Source of the DNA: Gammaproteobacteria bacterium
GTDB lineage: Bacteria; Pseudomonadota; Gammaproteobacteria; Steroidobacterales; Rariloculaceae
Assembly: GCA_022820625.1 (NCBI GenBank)
Contig: JAJEFE010000147.1
Span: 89,297-153,296, forward strand
Reading direction: 5' to 3'
DNA: 64,000 bases
Shown here piece after piece: positions 27,339 to 37,964 of this stretch (positions are counted from its first letter, which is position 1; each line of letters starts with the position of its first letter). The position numbers and the translations under genes are program-made. The notes beneath the pieces were generated by a model that was not told the DNA's origin, made no database searches, and saw only the letters and a program-made list of their open reading frames with translations.

Positions 27339-27421
27339 GCTCGTTGAGTCTCCATCAGGACGCGACTTCAGTTTACAGCAGGTGATGACAGCGCAGAACT
27401 GTCTGATGCTGGGCAGTTAAC

Positions 27422-27739
27422 CTAATTTAAGCGGCGGGCTGCCTCTGCCAGTACAAGCAGATCATCGCCTGCGAAATCGATGGACTTGCCGACTTCCAGC
27501 AAGCGGCCTCTGGAAAACTCCCCTTGACGGTATGCCTCGATCCCCAGGTACGCCACTTCGGTGCGCAATTCACGATTCTATCGTCTTGGGTTGTCCTCCG
27601 GCGCTTCCAGGTCGTCATAAAGGTCCAGTGCCCTCAGATACTCCCGCCCGTAGTGCTCGCTGTTCAACAGCTCCCGGGATTGCGCCGCTGAGACATGCCG
27701 AAGGCTCTTCAATCGGTAGACGGCGGCCTGGTACGCAAG
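27422..27739 (-). pseudogene. C-terminal remnant of an XRE-HTH/ImmA-IrrE (M78) family protein
   Basis: YQAAVYRLKSL...PEDNPRR*NRELRTEVAYLGIEAYRQGEFSRGRLLE...LAEAARRLN* with an in-frame TAG at 27578-27580; 5' part missing. Confidence 0.55.
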
Positions 27740-27757
27740 ACAGGGCACCGCTCGCCG

Positions 27758-28498
27758 ATGGACACGCCGCGGGACAACCAGGACCGCTTCATGAAGCTCA
27801 TGCTGAGCCGCCCGCGCATGGTGCGGGACCTGCTCACGCTGCTGCCCGCCGAATGGACGGCGGCGGTGGACGCCGCGCGCCTGCGCGAGCTTCCCACCGA
27901 GTTCATCGGCGCGGGCGGTGAAAAGCGCATCGCCGACCTGTGCTGGCTTGATTAGCGGGACCCTGCGGCGCAGTATCCTGAGCAAGGCAACCGCATGGCG
28001 GCGCTGGCTCGGTTGATATTCGCGAAGTCGTATGTCGACGCCATCGGTCTTCTCGGCGAAGTGCGCGGATGGCTGGACTTCGGGGACGAGGACGAGACGC
28101 GCCTGTTCCAGTGCTACCTGGACTGGTTCCACGCGACCGCGCCGGAATTCCGTCCTCGGGATTGGAACCCGGAGCGCGAGAGGAAATTGGAGGAACTTAT
28201 GGCCGAACAATCGATACTGCAGAGGAACAACGAGCGCTGGCTGGAAGGTTACCGCCGGGACGCGTTCGCTGAAGGGCACACCGACGGCCGGCGGGAAGGG
28301 CTGGCGCACGAGCGCGCCCTCCTCGTGCAGCTGGCGGTGCGGCGTTTCGGCGCCGACACCGGACGGCGTCTCAAAGCTCGATTGCGGGTCGTGGAGGACC
28401 CCGGGCATCTTGAGCGGGTGGGCGTTCTGATCGTGGACAGCGAAACCGGCGAGCAGTTGCTCGGCACTGTCGACGGCGCCGGCATGAACTCAAGCTGA
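27758..28498 (+). pseudogene. Rpn/YhgA-like (PD-(D/E)xK) putative transposase-family gene, internally deleted
   Basis: N-fragment DRFMKLMLSRPRMVRDLL..LRELPTEFI...RIADLCW stops at 27955. C-fragment GRREG..ERALLVQLAVRRFG..L (27995-28498). Central region missing. Confidence 0.65.
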
Positions 28499-28602
28499 GG
28501 CGGCAGCGCTTTCCCGGCGCTGACCGAACCATTCGCGCCCAGACCGCGACGGGACTATGGAGGAGCTAACGGCGGAACAATTGATTCAAGTGTCGACGCT
28601 GC

Positions 28603-28800
28603 TCATTCCTCGGGGTCTGGCTCACTCCGGGGCTCGGACCTCCCCGGTGCATCGGGTGCATCGGGACCCTCGAATACCACGCGGCCATCTCTCCAGAATA
28701 CGGCGTATTGTCCCAATAGGCGCTTGCGCTCCAGCGCCTCGGCCACCGCGCGCCGCAGCGACTTGAGTCCTTCCATTGCGAAATCGTCGTCGTCAATCAT
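28603..28800 (-). CDS. Small hypothetical protein of a type usually found after zeta-toxin-like ATPases
   Basis: LRRAVAEALERKRLLGQYAVFWRDGRVV; GGAGG upstream; family association recalled, not searched. Confidence 0.55.
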   Translation of the reverse strand: MIDDDDFAMEGLKSLRRAVAEALERKRLLGQYAVFWRDGRVVFEGPDAPDAPGRSEPRSEPDPEE

Positions 28801-28894
28801 GGCGCTTCATTTCCTCCAGCGCTTGTAGCCTCGCCGGTTCTGTTACCTCCCGCTGCGCGCCGTGCTGCTTGAATACTATTACACGGAGACAAAT

Positions 28895-29020
28895 ATGAAG
28901 TTCGCGAATCTTCGCCAGTTGTTTCTTGCACCCTGTGTGCTCGCCCTCGCATCACCATTTCCCGCCACCCAGGCGCAGGAAACCGACATCGCCACTATCG
29001 CCGCAAGAATTTCCGGTGAG
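28895..29020 (+). pseudogene. 5' fragment of a secreted protein gene truncated at the TA promoter
   Basis: GGAG RBS + MKFANLRQLFLAPCVLALASPFPATQA-QETD signal peptide; the frame then runs into AT-rich operator DNA. Confidence 0.4.
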
Positions 29021-29054
29021 TGCGTTAACGTGTATATACTTAAGTATAAACGCA
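29021..29054 (+). promoter_or_regulatory. Operator/promoter of the AbrB-Doc TA module
   Basis: Perfect palindrome TATACTTAAGTATA (29035-29048) containing TATACT, flanked by TGCGTT/AACGCA. Confidence 0.65.
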
Positions 29055-29067
29055 CGAGGGGTTTGCG

Positions 29068-29295
29068 ATGCACGCGCTCAAGGTCCACAAGGTAGGAAAC
29101 TCGCTGAATCTGCGGCTCCCCAGGGACGCCGCCAACACCCTGCGCGTGAGCGAGGGGGATGTGATTTACCTGACTGAAACGACCGATGGGGGGTACCGGA
29201 TAACCCCCTTCGATCCCGAGTTCGAGCGGCAGATGGAGCTCGCCGAGGAAGGCATGAGACGGTACCGGAATGCATTGCGCGAACTGGCGAAATAG
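29068..29295 (+). CDS. AbrB/MazE-type antitoxin
   Basis: LKVHKVGNSLNLRLP..L..GD..YL, YRNALRELAK. Confidence 0.88.
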   Translation: MHALKVHKVGNSLNLRLPRDAANTLRVSEGDVIYLTETTDGGYRITPFDPEFERQMELAEEGMRRYRNALRELAK

Positions 29296-29678
29296 TGAAT
29301 CCGGTCTGGTTGAGCAAGGCGGTGGTGGTGGCCTTCCACGGGCGGATGCTGGCGGCCCATGGCGGCGGTCCGGGTCTTCGGGATGCCGGCCTGCTGGATT
29401 CGGCTCTTGCCCGCCCGAGGCAACTGCATGCGTACGGTGAGCCCGATCTCTGCGACATGGCTGCGGCATACGCAGCCGGAATCATCCGCAATCATCCCTT
29501 TGTCGACGGCAACAAGCGGGCGGGCTTCATGTCTGCATATGTCTTCCTGGCGGCGAACGGATTGCGGTTGACGGCTGCCGAGGTGGACGTCGTGCAGGTC
29601 GTGACCCTGCTGGCCTCACGCGAAATCGATGAAGCCGCGTTTGCGGCCTGGTTGCGCGACAACAGCGAGCGGGTCTGA
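29295..29678 (+). CDS. Doc-type (Fic family) toxin
   Basis: GLRD.GLLDSALARP, HPFVDGNKR; 1-bp overlap with the antitoxin. Confidence 0.92.
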   Translation: MNPVWLSKAVVVAFHGRMLAAHGGGPGLRDAGLLDSALARPRQLHAYGEPDLCDMAAAYAAGIIRNHPFVDGNKRAGFMSAYVFLAANGLRLTAAEVDVVQVVTLLASREIDEAAFAAWLRDNSERV

Positions 29679-29816
29679 AAGCATCCTTACCTGAAATTCG
29701 CCGTAACCGTCAGAATCCGGTCCCCGATATCGATGGATTTTTCGTTCCGGGATTCACACGCATTCCCCCGTTACACAGCGTTCCCGAGTTCATTCGATTC
29801 CGGTTCGCGGTCTTTC

Positions 29817-30320
29817 CTATAGCGATCCGAAAAACGGATGCCTCACCCGGTCGCCCGGTTGGATCCCCAGCCGAGCAGCCAGTCCGCCATTGATCTCAAG
29901 CACCGCCAACGCCGGCCGCATCGAGCTGATGGTGTCAAGCGAACCGGGGACCGTGTTCTCTGCGATGTGGGTGACGACGCCCGAGCGGTCCATGAACACC
30001 ATGTCCAGCGGGATCAGCGTGTTCTTCATCCACATGGAGATCATTCGCTCGCTGGGGTGGATGAACAGCATGCCGACGTCATCGGGCATCTCGGGCACGT
30101 ACATCAATCCGCGGGCCTGGGCGTTACGCTCGGACGCGATGAAGATCCCGAAGTGCTCGCAGCTGTTGACGGAGGTGTCGATGATGAGCGAGGACTGGGG
30201 GAAATCCTGCACCAGCGGCCGGCCCTGGGCGGTGACCGTGTCGAGGGTCTGTGCCTGGACCGAGGCGGCGAGCAGCCACATGCACACGATCGCTGACAGC
30301 CGCCGTATGTTGAATGTCAT
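29817..30320 (-). CDS. DUF192 family exported protein
   Basis: RGLMY, GMLF, WMKNTLIPLDMVF, VLEINGG. Confidence 0.9.
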   Translation of the reverse strand: MTFNIRRLSAIVCMWLLAASVQAQTLDTVTAQGRPLVQDFPQSSLIIDTSVNSCEHFGIFIASERNAQARGLMYVPEMPDDVGMLFIHPSERMISMWMKNTLIPLDMVFMDRSGVVTHIAENTVPGSLDTISSMRPALAVLEINGGLAARLGIQPGDRVRHPFFGSL

Positions 30321-30410
30321 GACTCAGGCCCTCCAGTGCTCGACCGACTCAACAGGCCACGAAAGTCCGGATCAGCCCGGCTTGCGCCGTTACTGGCCCA
30401 CGAGTCGCAA

Positions 30411-31904
30411 TCACTCGGGTTCCGAATCGTAGCCCATTCCGTGCGAGCCGACATGCCGTTCGACGTCCAGGCCATGGTAGCGGACGGCGGTGAAAAGGGC
30501 TTGCATCGATATGGGGAATTGCAGCTCCCGGCCGGGCGAATAGAGATCCGAGTTGAAAAACAGCCTGGTATCGGGCACGTAGGCGCCCACGTGCGCATCG
30601 GCATGCGGATTCGGGATGTCGTATACGCCGATGGCGCGTCCGATGCCGTCCAATTCGGCGTGACCGTCCACCGCAATGGCACTCATGCCGCGGAAGCCTG
30701 CCAGCGCCAGCGCCTCTTCGTAGAACGATATGGCGTCCTCATGGGCGACCAGCGTTGCGCCGGCTTCGACAAAGCTTCGGAAGCCGCCGGAATGATCGAG
30801 ATGGTGGTGGGTCATGATGATGTATCGTACCGGCAGTTCCGGCCAGCGTTCCTCCAGCAGCCGGAGCAGGGTGTCGGAGCGTTCCGGATACCAGGGTGCA
30901 TCGACCACGGCGATGCCTTCAGGGCCGACGACGGCCAGCCCATGATGACTGCCGCCGATGACCTGATAGATGTCGGGACCGACTTCGAGGAACTCTACGT
31001 TATCGAAATGAGGAGTGTCCGAAGGACCTCCGAGCCCGGCGCGGGCGAGCAACAGGTGCGACATGCTCCATCCCCAGTCCCGGTGCGCGGCATCCCCGGG
31101 CTCGATGTCGCCCGGCACCGCGAGCACGCTGGCCGCGTCGGCGGGGTTCACCTCGATGGCGGATCGAATCTCCCGGCGCAGCAACCCACCGTTCAGATAC
31201 TGTTCGACCTGGAATGGGAACGGCACGCCGGCTACCTCCCGCCAGTCGGAGAACACCACGCGATTCGGGCCCTCGCCGTTCAGGGGGTCCTGTTCCATGA
31301 CGGTGACTGCCTCCGGCAGGCCCATGGCGGGATCGACGACCAAGGTCCACTCCGTGCCGTGTGCCGATAACACGATCCGTTGCCGGGAATTGCCGCCGCT
31401 TACGAACTCCACGGGCGGCAGCGCTGCTTCGGCGTGCGCGGCCAGGATGAGCGGATTGGTGAGCCACAGGTCCTTGAAGTTGGCGCCGATCCTCGCCGCC
31501 GCCAGAGGGGTCGGACCATCGAGGGCTGCACGGAAGTTGTCCTGCCCATCCTTGACGCCGGCGGACTCGCCGTACGTCATGTTGTAGGCGAAGCTGGTCT
31601 CGATCGGATACACCGTATCGAGTTGCCATTCCTCCCGCGCCTGCCACCCGCCGGGATTCCAGGTCACCCTGACGTCGTAGTTGGCGGTGTGCCGGGGCGC
31701 CCCGCCGGGGGTAAGGCTCTGGCGTGGCACAAAGCGCTGACCCGAGGCCGTGATCCGCACGGTCTCCACCGCTTCCGTGAGGCTCGGATCGAAGGTCGTC
31801 TGGGAGGTGGCAGCGTGTCCGAATAGCAGTGCAAGCGCAGCAATGACGGAGCTCAGGGTGTCCCCGCAAGGTTCAAGGCGTCGGTTTCCAATTGGCATGA
31901 TCAA
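30411..31904 (-). CDS. Secreted MBL-fold hydrolase with an N-terminal beta-rich domain
   Basis: VVDAP, THHHLDHSGG, NPHAD, FNSDLY, SHG. Confidence 0.8.
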   Translation of the reverse strand: MIMPIGNRRLEPCGDTLSSVIAALALLFGHAATSQTTFDPSLTEAVETVRITASGQRFVPRQSLTPGGAPRHTANYDVRVTWNPGGWQAREEWQLDTVYPIETSFAYNMTYGESAGVKDGQDNFRAALDGPTPLAAARIGANFKDLWLTNPLILAAHAEAALPPVEFVSGGNSRQRIVLSAHGTEWTLVVDPAMGLPEAVTVMEQDPLNGEGPNRVVFSDWREVAGVPFPFQVEQYLNGGLLRREIRSAIEVNPADAASVLAVPGDIEPGDAAHRDWGWSMSHLLLARAGLGGPSDTPHFDNVEFLEVGPDIYQVIGGSHHGLAVVGPEGIAVVDAPWYPERSDTLLRLLEERWPELPVRYIIMTHHHLDHSGGFRSFVEAGATLVAHEDAISFYEEALALAGFRGMSAIAVDGHAELDGIGRAIGVYDIPNPHADAHVGAYVPDTRLFFNSDLYSPGRELQFPISMQALFTAVRYHGLDVERHVGSHGMGYDSEPE

Positions 31905-32139
31905 AAAAACTCCCTTACAACAATTAGGTCAATACCAGCCGCTCACCTCGGCCGACCCTTTGCCGTACGCTTTTCGCGTCGCGTCAAAATTCCACCCAGA
32001 GTACGAATGTCATCAGAATTGCACATGAGGTTCAGGTGAAGGTCAACCATACGCGGCCGTGCGCAAGTTTCAACCGCTGGCAGTCCGTCGCATCGGAATC
32101 GTCCGTGGTATAACCCCCCAAACGGAATTGATCGAACCG

Positions 32140-32556
32140 ATGTCACAACGCAAGACAACGCAAAACGACGCGGACGTGAACGCATTCCTCGACAGGGTTG
32201 AGAACCCGCGGCGTCGGGCGGATGCCAGACATCTTCTCGCGTTGATGCAGGCGGTGACCGGGGAGCCCCCGAAGATGTGGGGTTCCAGCATTGTCGGATT
32301 CGGCAGTTATCACTATCGATACGCCAGCGGCCGGGAGGGCGACTCGCTTGTGGTCGGTTTTTCGCCCCGCAAGCAGAACCTGGCCATCTACATCATGCCG
32401 GGATTTTCGGACTATGGTGAGATTCTGAGCAGGCTGGGCAAGTTCCGGACCGGCAAGTCCTGTCTGTACGTCAACAAGCTCGACGATGTGGACCTGGGGT
32501 TGCTTGAGGAACTCGTGCGCGAATCCGTCGCCGAGATGGGGCGCCGCTACGGATAA
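32140..32556 (+). CDS. DUF1801 family protein
   Basis: MWGSSIVGFGSYHYRYASGREGD, GFSPRK, GKSCLYV. Confidence 0.88.
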   Translation: MSQRKTTQNDADVNAFLDRVENPRRRADARHLLALMQAVTGEPPKMWGSSIVGFGSYHYRYASGREGDSLVVGFSPRKQNLAIYIMPGFSDYGEILSRLGKFRTGKSCLYVNKLDDVDLGLLEELVRESVAEMGRRYG

Positions 32557-32796
32557 CTCACGCGTGGCCACAATGAAGCGTCGCTACGTGTAAGTCGGTG
32601 CGAGGCCGCGTGTAGGGCTGGGAGATCTGGAGAATCCGCCGGCAGGAACCTGGCATCGTTCGTCATCGCACACCGTGGCCCCTGAACCGCGTGCAACATC
32701 GAGTTCTTGTCTTCAAGTGAAGGGAGCCAGGTTCCGGGAGTTGGACTGTAACACTCTGAAAGGTAAGATTTCCCGCCTTGGACTACCGTCACGCCG

Positions 32797-33770
<974 letters not shown>

Positions 33771-33771
<1 letters not shown>

Positions 33772-34700
33772 TGAACGCGGCCGGTGCAGTACGATCGACG
33801 TCCTCGCCCGCCCGTATCGAACTGGCCGAACTCATCCGGCTGAAACCGGCGGGCGAGTCCCTGAAGATCGGGGCGCTGCGGGTGCGCGCCATTGAGGCCG
33901 GGGGCCACCTCTCAAGGCTCAAGGGCCGCGGTGTGGAGTTCGACGAGTCGCGGCCGTATCAGCCCGGCGACGATCTGAGAACCATGGACTGGAAGGTGAC
34001 GGCGCGCACCGGCAAACCCCATACCAAGGTGTTCAGGGAGGAGCGGGACCGCCCCGTAATCCTATGGCTCGACCTGCGCAGGCCCATGCTGTTCGCCACC
34101 AAGGGCGTGTTCAAGGCGGTGCGCGCCGCCCAGACGGCGGCGCTGGTGGCCTGGAGCGCCGTGGCCAATGGCGACCGCCTGGGCGGGCTGATCTTTTCCG
34201 ACCGCGAGCATGTCGAACTCCGGCCACGCCTGGGCCGCCGCGCCGCGTTGCGCATGTTGCGGGTGATCTGCGACACGGCGTTCTGGGAACCCCCGTACGC
34301 TGCCGCCGCCGCGGCACAACCTCATTCGCTGGAGCGCCTGACCCGGGTTGCACGCCCGGGGAGCCAGATCTTCCTGCTCAGCGATTTCCGCTCGCTGGAC
34401 GCTTCCTTCGAACGCCACCTTCGCCAGTTGGCCCGCCACAGCGACGTTTCCCTGGTGCATTTCTTCGATCCGGTGGAGCAAAGTCTGCCGCCTCCGGGGC
34501 GTTACCGGGTTCTGGCCGGCAGCCGCTCGGTCGCCATCGACACCGGCGGCGCCGCCGAACGCCGCGCCTACCGGGATCGGTTCCTGGAGAGGCGCGCGAC
34601 GCTTGCGAAACTGGCGCGCTTTCCGGGTGTCCAACTCCTGGAATGCGGCACCGACAATGACCCGCAGAAAGTCCTCAGCGCACGATTTGCAGGCAGATGA
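33771..34700 (+). CDS. DUF58 family protein
   Basis: GRGVEFDESRPYQPGDDLRTMDWKVTAR, LLSDF. Confidence 0.92.
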
Positions 34701-35185
34701 ATCCGGCACTGGACCCAGCACAGCTCCCGTTGCGGGATATCCACCTCCCCGAGGCGATCGGCTTGTGGCCTCCCGCCATCGGCTGGTGGATACTTGCGGG
34801 AGCGGTGCTCCTGGGCGTGGTTGTCTGGGCGCTGCGTTATCGTGCCGGCTGGCGCCACCGGGCTGCCTCGGTAGAATTGAAGGCGGCGCTGGCGACGTTG
34901 CAGGGCGGCGGCGATCCCGTACTCTGCGCGCAACGGTTCTCCACGACGCTGAAGCGATTCGCCATGACGTCGAGCGATGAGCCCGAACGGGTGGCCGGCC
35001 TGACCGGGGAACCGTGGCTTGCCTGGCTCGACAGCCGCTGGGAGGGCGAGGCGTTCTCGCGGGGAGCCGGCAGAGGGTTGTTGTCGGCGCCCTGGGTCGG
35101 CGCAGGACGCCTCGACCGCGAGCGTTGCCTTGAGCTCGGGCTGCTTTGCCAGGCTTGGGTCAGGGCCCAGAAGAGGGGGGTTTAG
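34697..35185 (+). CDS. DUF4381 family protein
   Basis: LPLRDIHLPE..WPPAIGWW, LTGEPWLAWLD; operon position. Confidence 0.88.
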   Translation: MNPALDPAQLPLRDIHLPEAIGLWPPAIGWWILAGAVLLGVVVWALRYRAGWRHRAASVELKAALATLQGGGDPVLCAQRFSTTLKRFAMTSSDEPERVAGLTGEPWLAWLDSRWEGEAFSRGAGRGLLSAPWVGAGRLDRERCLELGLLCQAWVRAQKRGV

Positions 35186-35188
35186 GAC

Positions 35189-36211
35189 ATGTGGCACTTG
35201 GCCTGGTGGTGGATGTTGCTGGCACTGCCGCTGCCGTGGCTGGTGCGCCGCTGGTCGACCCCCGATCCTGTCGACCGCGACGCTGCGCTCAGGGTCCCGG
35301 ACCTTGCGGAGTTCGACGGCCTCGGCGGTGCAGGCGGCGCAGAGAGCGGGACCCGGGGCCGATTGATCCTGCTGTGGTGCATCTGGGCGCTTGTGATTCT
35401 GGCGGCGGCAAGGCCTCAGTACGTGGGGGAGGCGACCGCCTTGCCCGCAACCGGCCGGGACCTGCTCCTGGCCGTGGATCTCTCCGGAAGCATGGAGGAA
35501 CAGGATTTCCAGTTGAACGGCGAGTGGGTGGACCGGCTGACGGCCACCAAGGCGGTGGCGCGCGACTTCATCGACCGCCGGGTGGGGGATCGCATCGGCC
35601 TGATCCTCTTCGGGCGCGAAACCTATCTCCAGGCGCCTCTCACCTTCGACCGCAGGACCGTGCAGACGCTCCTGGACGAGGCGGTCATCGGACTCGCGGG
35701 CAAGGAAACGGCCATCGGCGATGCGATCGGGCTCGGCATCAAGACCCTGACCGACGCCGGCATCGACGAGAATCGCCGCGTATTCATCATGCTGACCGAC
35801 GGCGCCAATACCGCCGGGGCCGTGGATCCGCTGAAGGCGGCGGACCTGGCGCGGGAACGGGGGATGGTGATCTACGCGATCGGCATCGGCGCCGATGCGC
35901 TGATGGTCCGTTCGCTGTTCGGCGTCCGGCAGATCAATCCCTCCGCGGACCTCGACGAGGAGACGCTCACCACCATCGCGGCGGGGACGGGTGGGCGCTA
36001 CTTCCGGGCGCGGAATACCGAGGAATTCGAACAGATCTACGCGCTGCTGGACGAACTGGAGCCGGCCGCCAGCGACGAGACCGGATTCCGGCCCATCGAG
36101 GAACACTTCTTCTGGCCATTGGGCGCCGCGCTTGCGCTGAGCCTGATGTGGGCCGCGGCGGCACTGCGAAGGAGCGCCCGGGAGGCGGTCCCGGAAGCGG
36201 CCGATGGCTGA
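35189..36211 (+). CDS. VWA-domain protein, BatA-like
   Basis: DLSGSM MIDAS motif, TAIGDAIG, LTDGAN. Confidence 0.9.
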   Translation: MWHLAWWWMLLALPLPWLVRRWSTPDPVDRDAALRVPDLAEFDGLGGAGGAESGTRGRLILLWCIWALVILAAARPQYVGEATALPATGRDLLLAVDLSGSMEEQDFQLNGEWVDRLTATKAVARDFIDRRVGDRIGLILFGRETYLQAPLTFDRRTVQTLLDEAVIGLAGKETAIGDAIGLGIKTLTDAGIDENRRVFIMLTDGANTAGAVDPLKAADLARERGMVIYAIGIGADALMVRSLFGVRQINPSADLDEETLTTIAAGTGGRYFRARNTEEFEQIYALLDELEPAASDETGFRPIEEHFFWPLGAALALSLMWAAAALRRSAREAVPEAADG

Positions 36212-37964
36212 CTTTCACTTCGTCCGCCCGTTCTGGCTGCTGCTGTTGCCGGTGGGCATCTGGCTGGTCTGGCGCCTGGCGCGCGGCAGTTCGACCTCAG
36301 GCCGATGGCGGACCTGGGTGGACGATGCGTTGAAACCGTTCGTCCTGACAGCCGCCGACACCGCGCAGCGCGGCAAGCGCTGGCTGCTGTGCGGTGCGGC
36401 AGCGGCGTGCGCACTAGCCATCCTCGCGCTTGCCGGGCCCACCTGGGAGCGAATGCCGGTGCCGGCGCTGCGGTCATCCGAAGCCCTCGTGGTCGTCCTC
36501 GACCTGTCCCGGTCCATGGACGCCGGTGACGTGGAACCGAGCCGGCTGGAGCGCGCCAAGCTGAAACTGCTGTCGCTGCTGCAGCGGCGCGACAGCGGTC
36601 AGACCGGCCTGGTGGTCTTTTCGGCGCACGCTTTCACGGTAACGCCGCTGACTACCGATACACGGACCATCGCCGCGCTGGTGTCGAGCCTGTCCAGCGA
36701 CATCATGCCCAGCCGTGGAAGCTATCCGGAGGCGGGAATCGTCCGCGCCGCGCAACTGCTTCGCCAGGCTGCGGCGAGTCGCGGGGAAATACTGCTGGTC
36801 GGCGACTCGGGCGTGTCGCCGGCCGCCTTGGAACTGGCCCGCGAGTTGCGCGGCGAAGGCATGACCCTGCACGTGATGGCCGTGGGAACCGCCCAGGGCG
36901 GTCCCATCCCGCAGGCCGGCGGTGGCTTTCTGAGCGACGCCAGCGGCCAGGTGGTGGTCAATCGCGTCAATCTCGCCGCACTGCAGCGTCTTGCGGAAGC
37001 CGGCGGCGGGCAGTTCTCCGGGCTGACGCCCGACGACCGCGACCTGGACCGGCTGTTCGCCGGGGCATCCTCGTTCGCCGGTGTGCTTGCCGAGGACGGT
37101 GAGGAACTGCGCACGGAGATCTGGCGGGACCAGGGCGTGTGGCTGGTGCTCCTCCTCCTGCCCTTGCTCGCGATGTCGTTTCGGCGCGGATGGGTGGTGG
37201 TATGGGTCATGATGCTGACCCTGCCGGGCCAGCGCGCGGAGGCGCAGACCTGGACCGACCTGTGGCAACGCCGGGATCAGCAGGGGCAGACGGCCTTCGA
37301 GGCGCAAGACCACGAACGGGCCGGCGAACTGTTCGAGGATCCCGCCTGGCGTGCCGCAGCGCAGTACCGCGCCGGCCAGTTCGAGTCCAGCGCCGAGACG
37401 CTGTCAGCGGCGCGGAGCGCGGACGGGCACTACAACCGCGGGAACGCCCTGGCGCGGACGGGCGCCTTCGCCGAGGCGATCCAGTCCTACGATCAGGCGC
37501 TGGAGATCGACCCGGAACACGAGGACGCCCTGTTCAACCGGGAGCTTCTCATGCAGCAACCGCCGCAGCAGTCCCAGGGCGACAGCGGCGGAGAAGGCGA
37601 GTCCGGGGACGAAAGCGAGTCGCAGCCATCGGCGCAGAACCAGGGGTCGGATCAGCCGGAATCCTCGCCGGGCGACGAATCGCAGCCCCAAGGCGAACTG
37701 GGCGCCGAAGAGGGTGACGAGCAGGCGCAGCAGCAGCCGGTGCCCGCCGAGGCGGGGGACGAACCGCCGGAAGGAGACCCGGTACCAACCCCGGGCGATC
37801 TGGAAGAGTGGGCGTCCGAGCAGGCGGCGGAGCAATGGCTGCGGCGAATTCCGGAGGATCCCGGCGGACTGCTGCGGCGCAAGTTCCTCTATCAGTACCA
37901 GCGCCTGGGAATCGATCAGGACGGCAACTACGTCTGGCCCGGCGACGAGGAACAGCCCTGGTGA
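36204..37964 (+). CDS. VWA + TPR protein, BatB/BatC-like
   Basis: DLSRSM, YNRGNALA TPR, Gln/Glu-rich linker, WLRRIPEDPGGLLRRKF. Confidence 0.9.
   Translation: MADFHFVRPFWLLLLPVGIWLVWRLARGSSTSGRWRTWVDDALKPFVLTAADTAQRGKRWLLCGAAAACALAILALAGPTWERMPVPALRSSEALVVVLDLSRSMDAGDVEPSRLERAKLKLLSLLQRRDSGQTGLVVFSAHAFTVTPLTTDTRTIAALVSSLSSDIMPSRGSYPEAGIVRAAQLLRQAAASRGEILLVGDSGVSPAALELARELRGEGMTLHVMAVGTAQGGPIPQAGGGFLSDASGQVVVNRVNLAALQRLAEAGGGQFSGLTPDDRDLDRLFAGASSFAGVLAEDGEELRTEIWRDQGVWLVLLLLPLLAMSFRRGWVVVWVMMLTLPGQRAEAQTWTDLWQRRDQQGQTAFEAQDHERAGELFEDPAWRAAAQYRAGQFESSAETLSAARSADGHYNRGNALARTGAFAEAIQSYDQALEIDPEHEDALFNRELLMQQPPQQSQGDSGGEGESGDESESQPSAQNQGSDQPESSPGDESQPQGELGAEEGDEQAQQQPVPAEAGDEPPEGDPVPTPGDLEEWASEQAAEQWLRRIPEDPGGLLRRKFLYQYQRLGIDQDGNYVWPGDEEQPW

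Noticed and set aside
27578-27580. In-frame TAG as pyrrolysine or programmed readthrough
   Set aside because: The gene also lacks its 5' part and no pyl genes were seen; simple pseudogene decay is more parsimonious.
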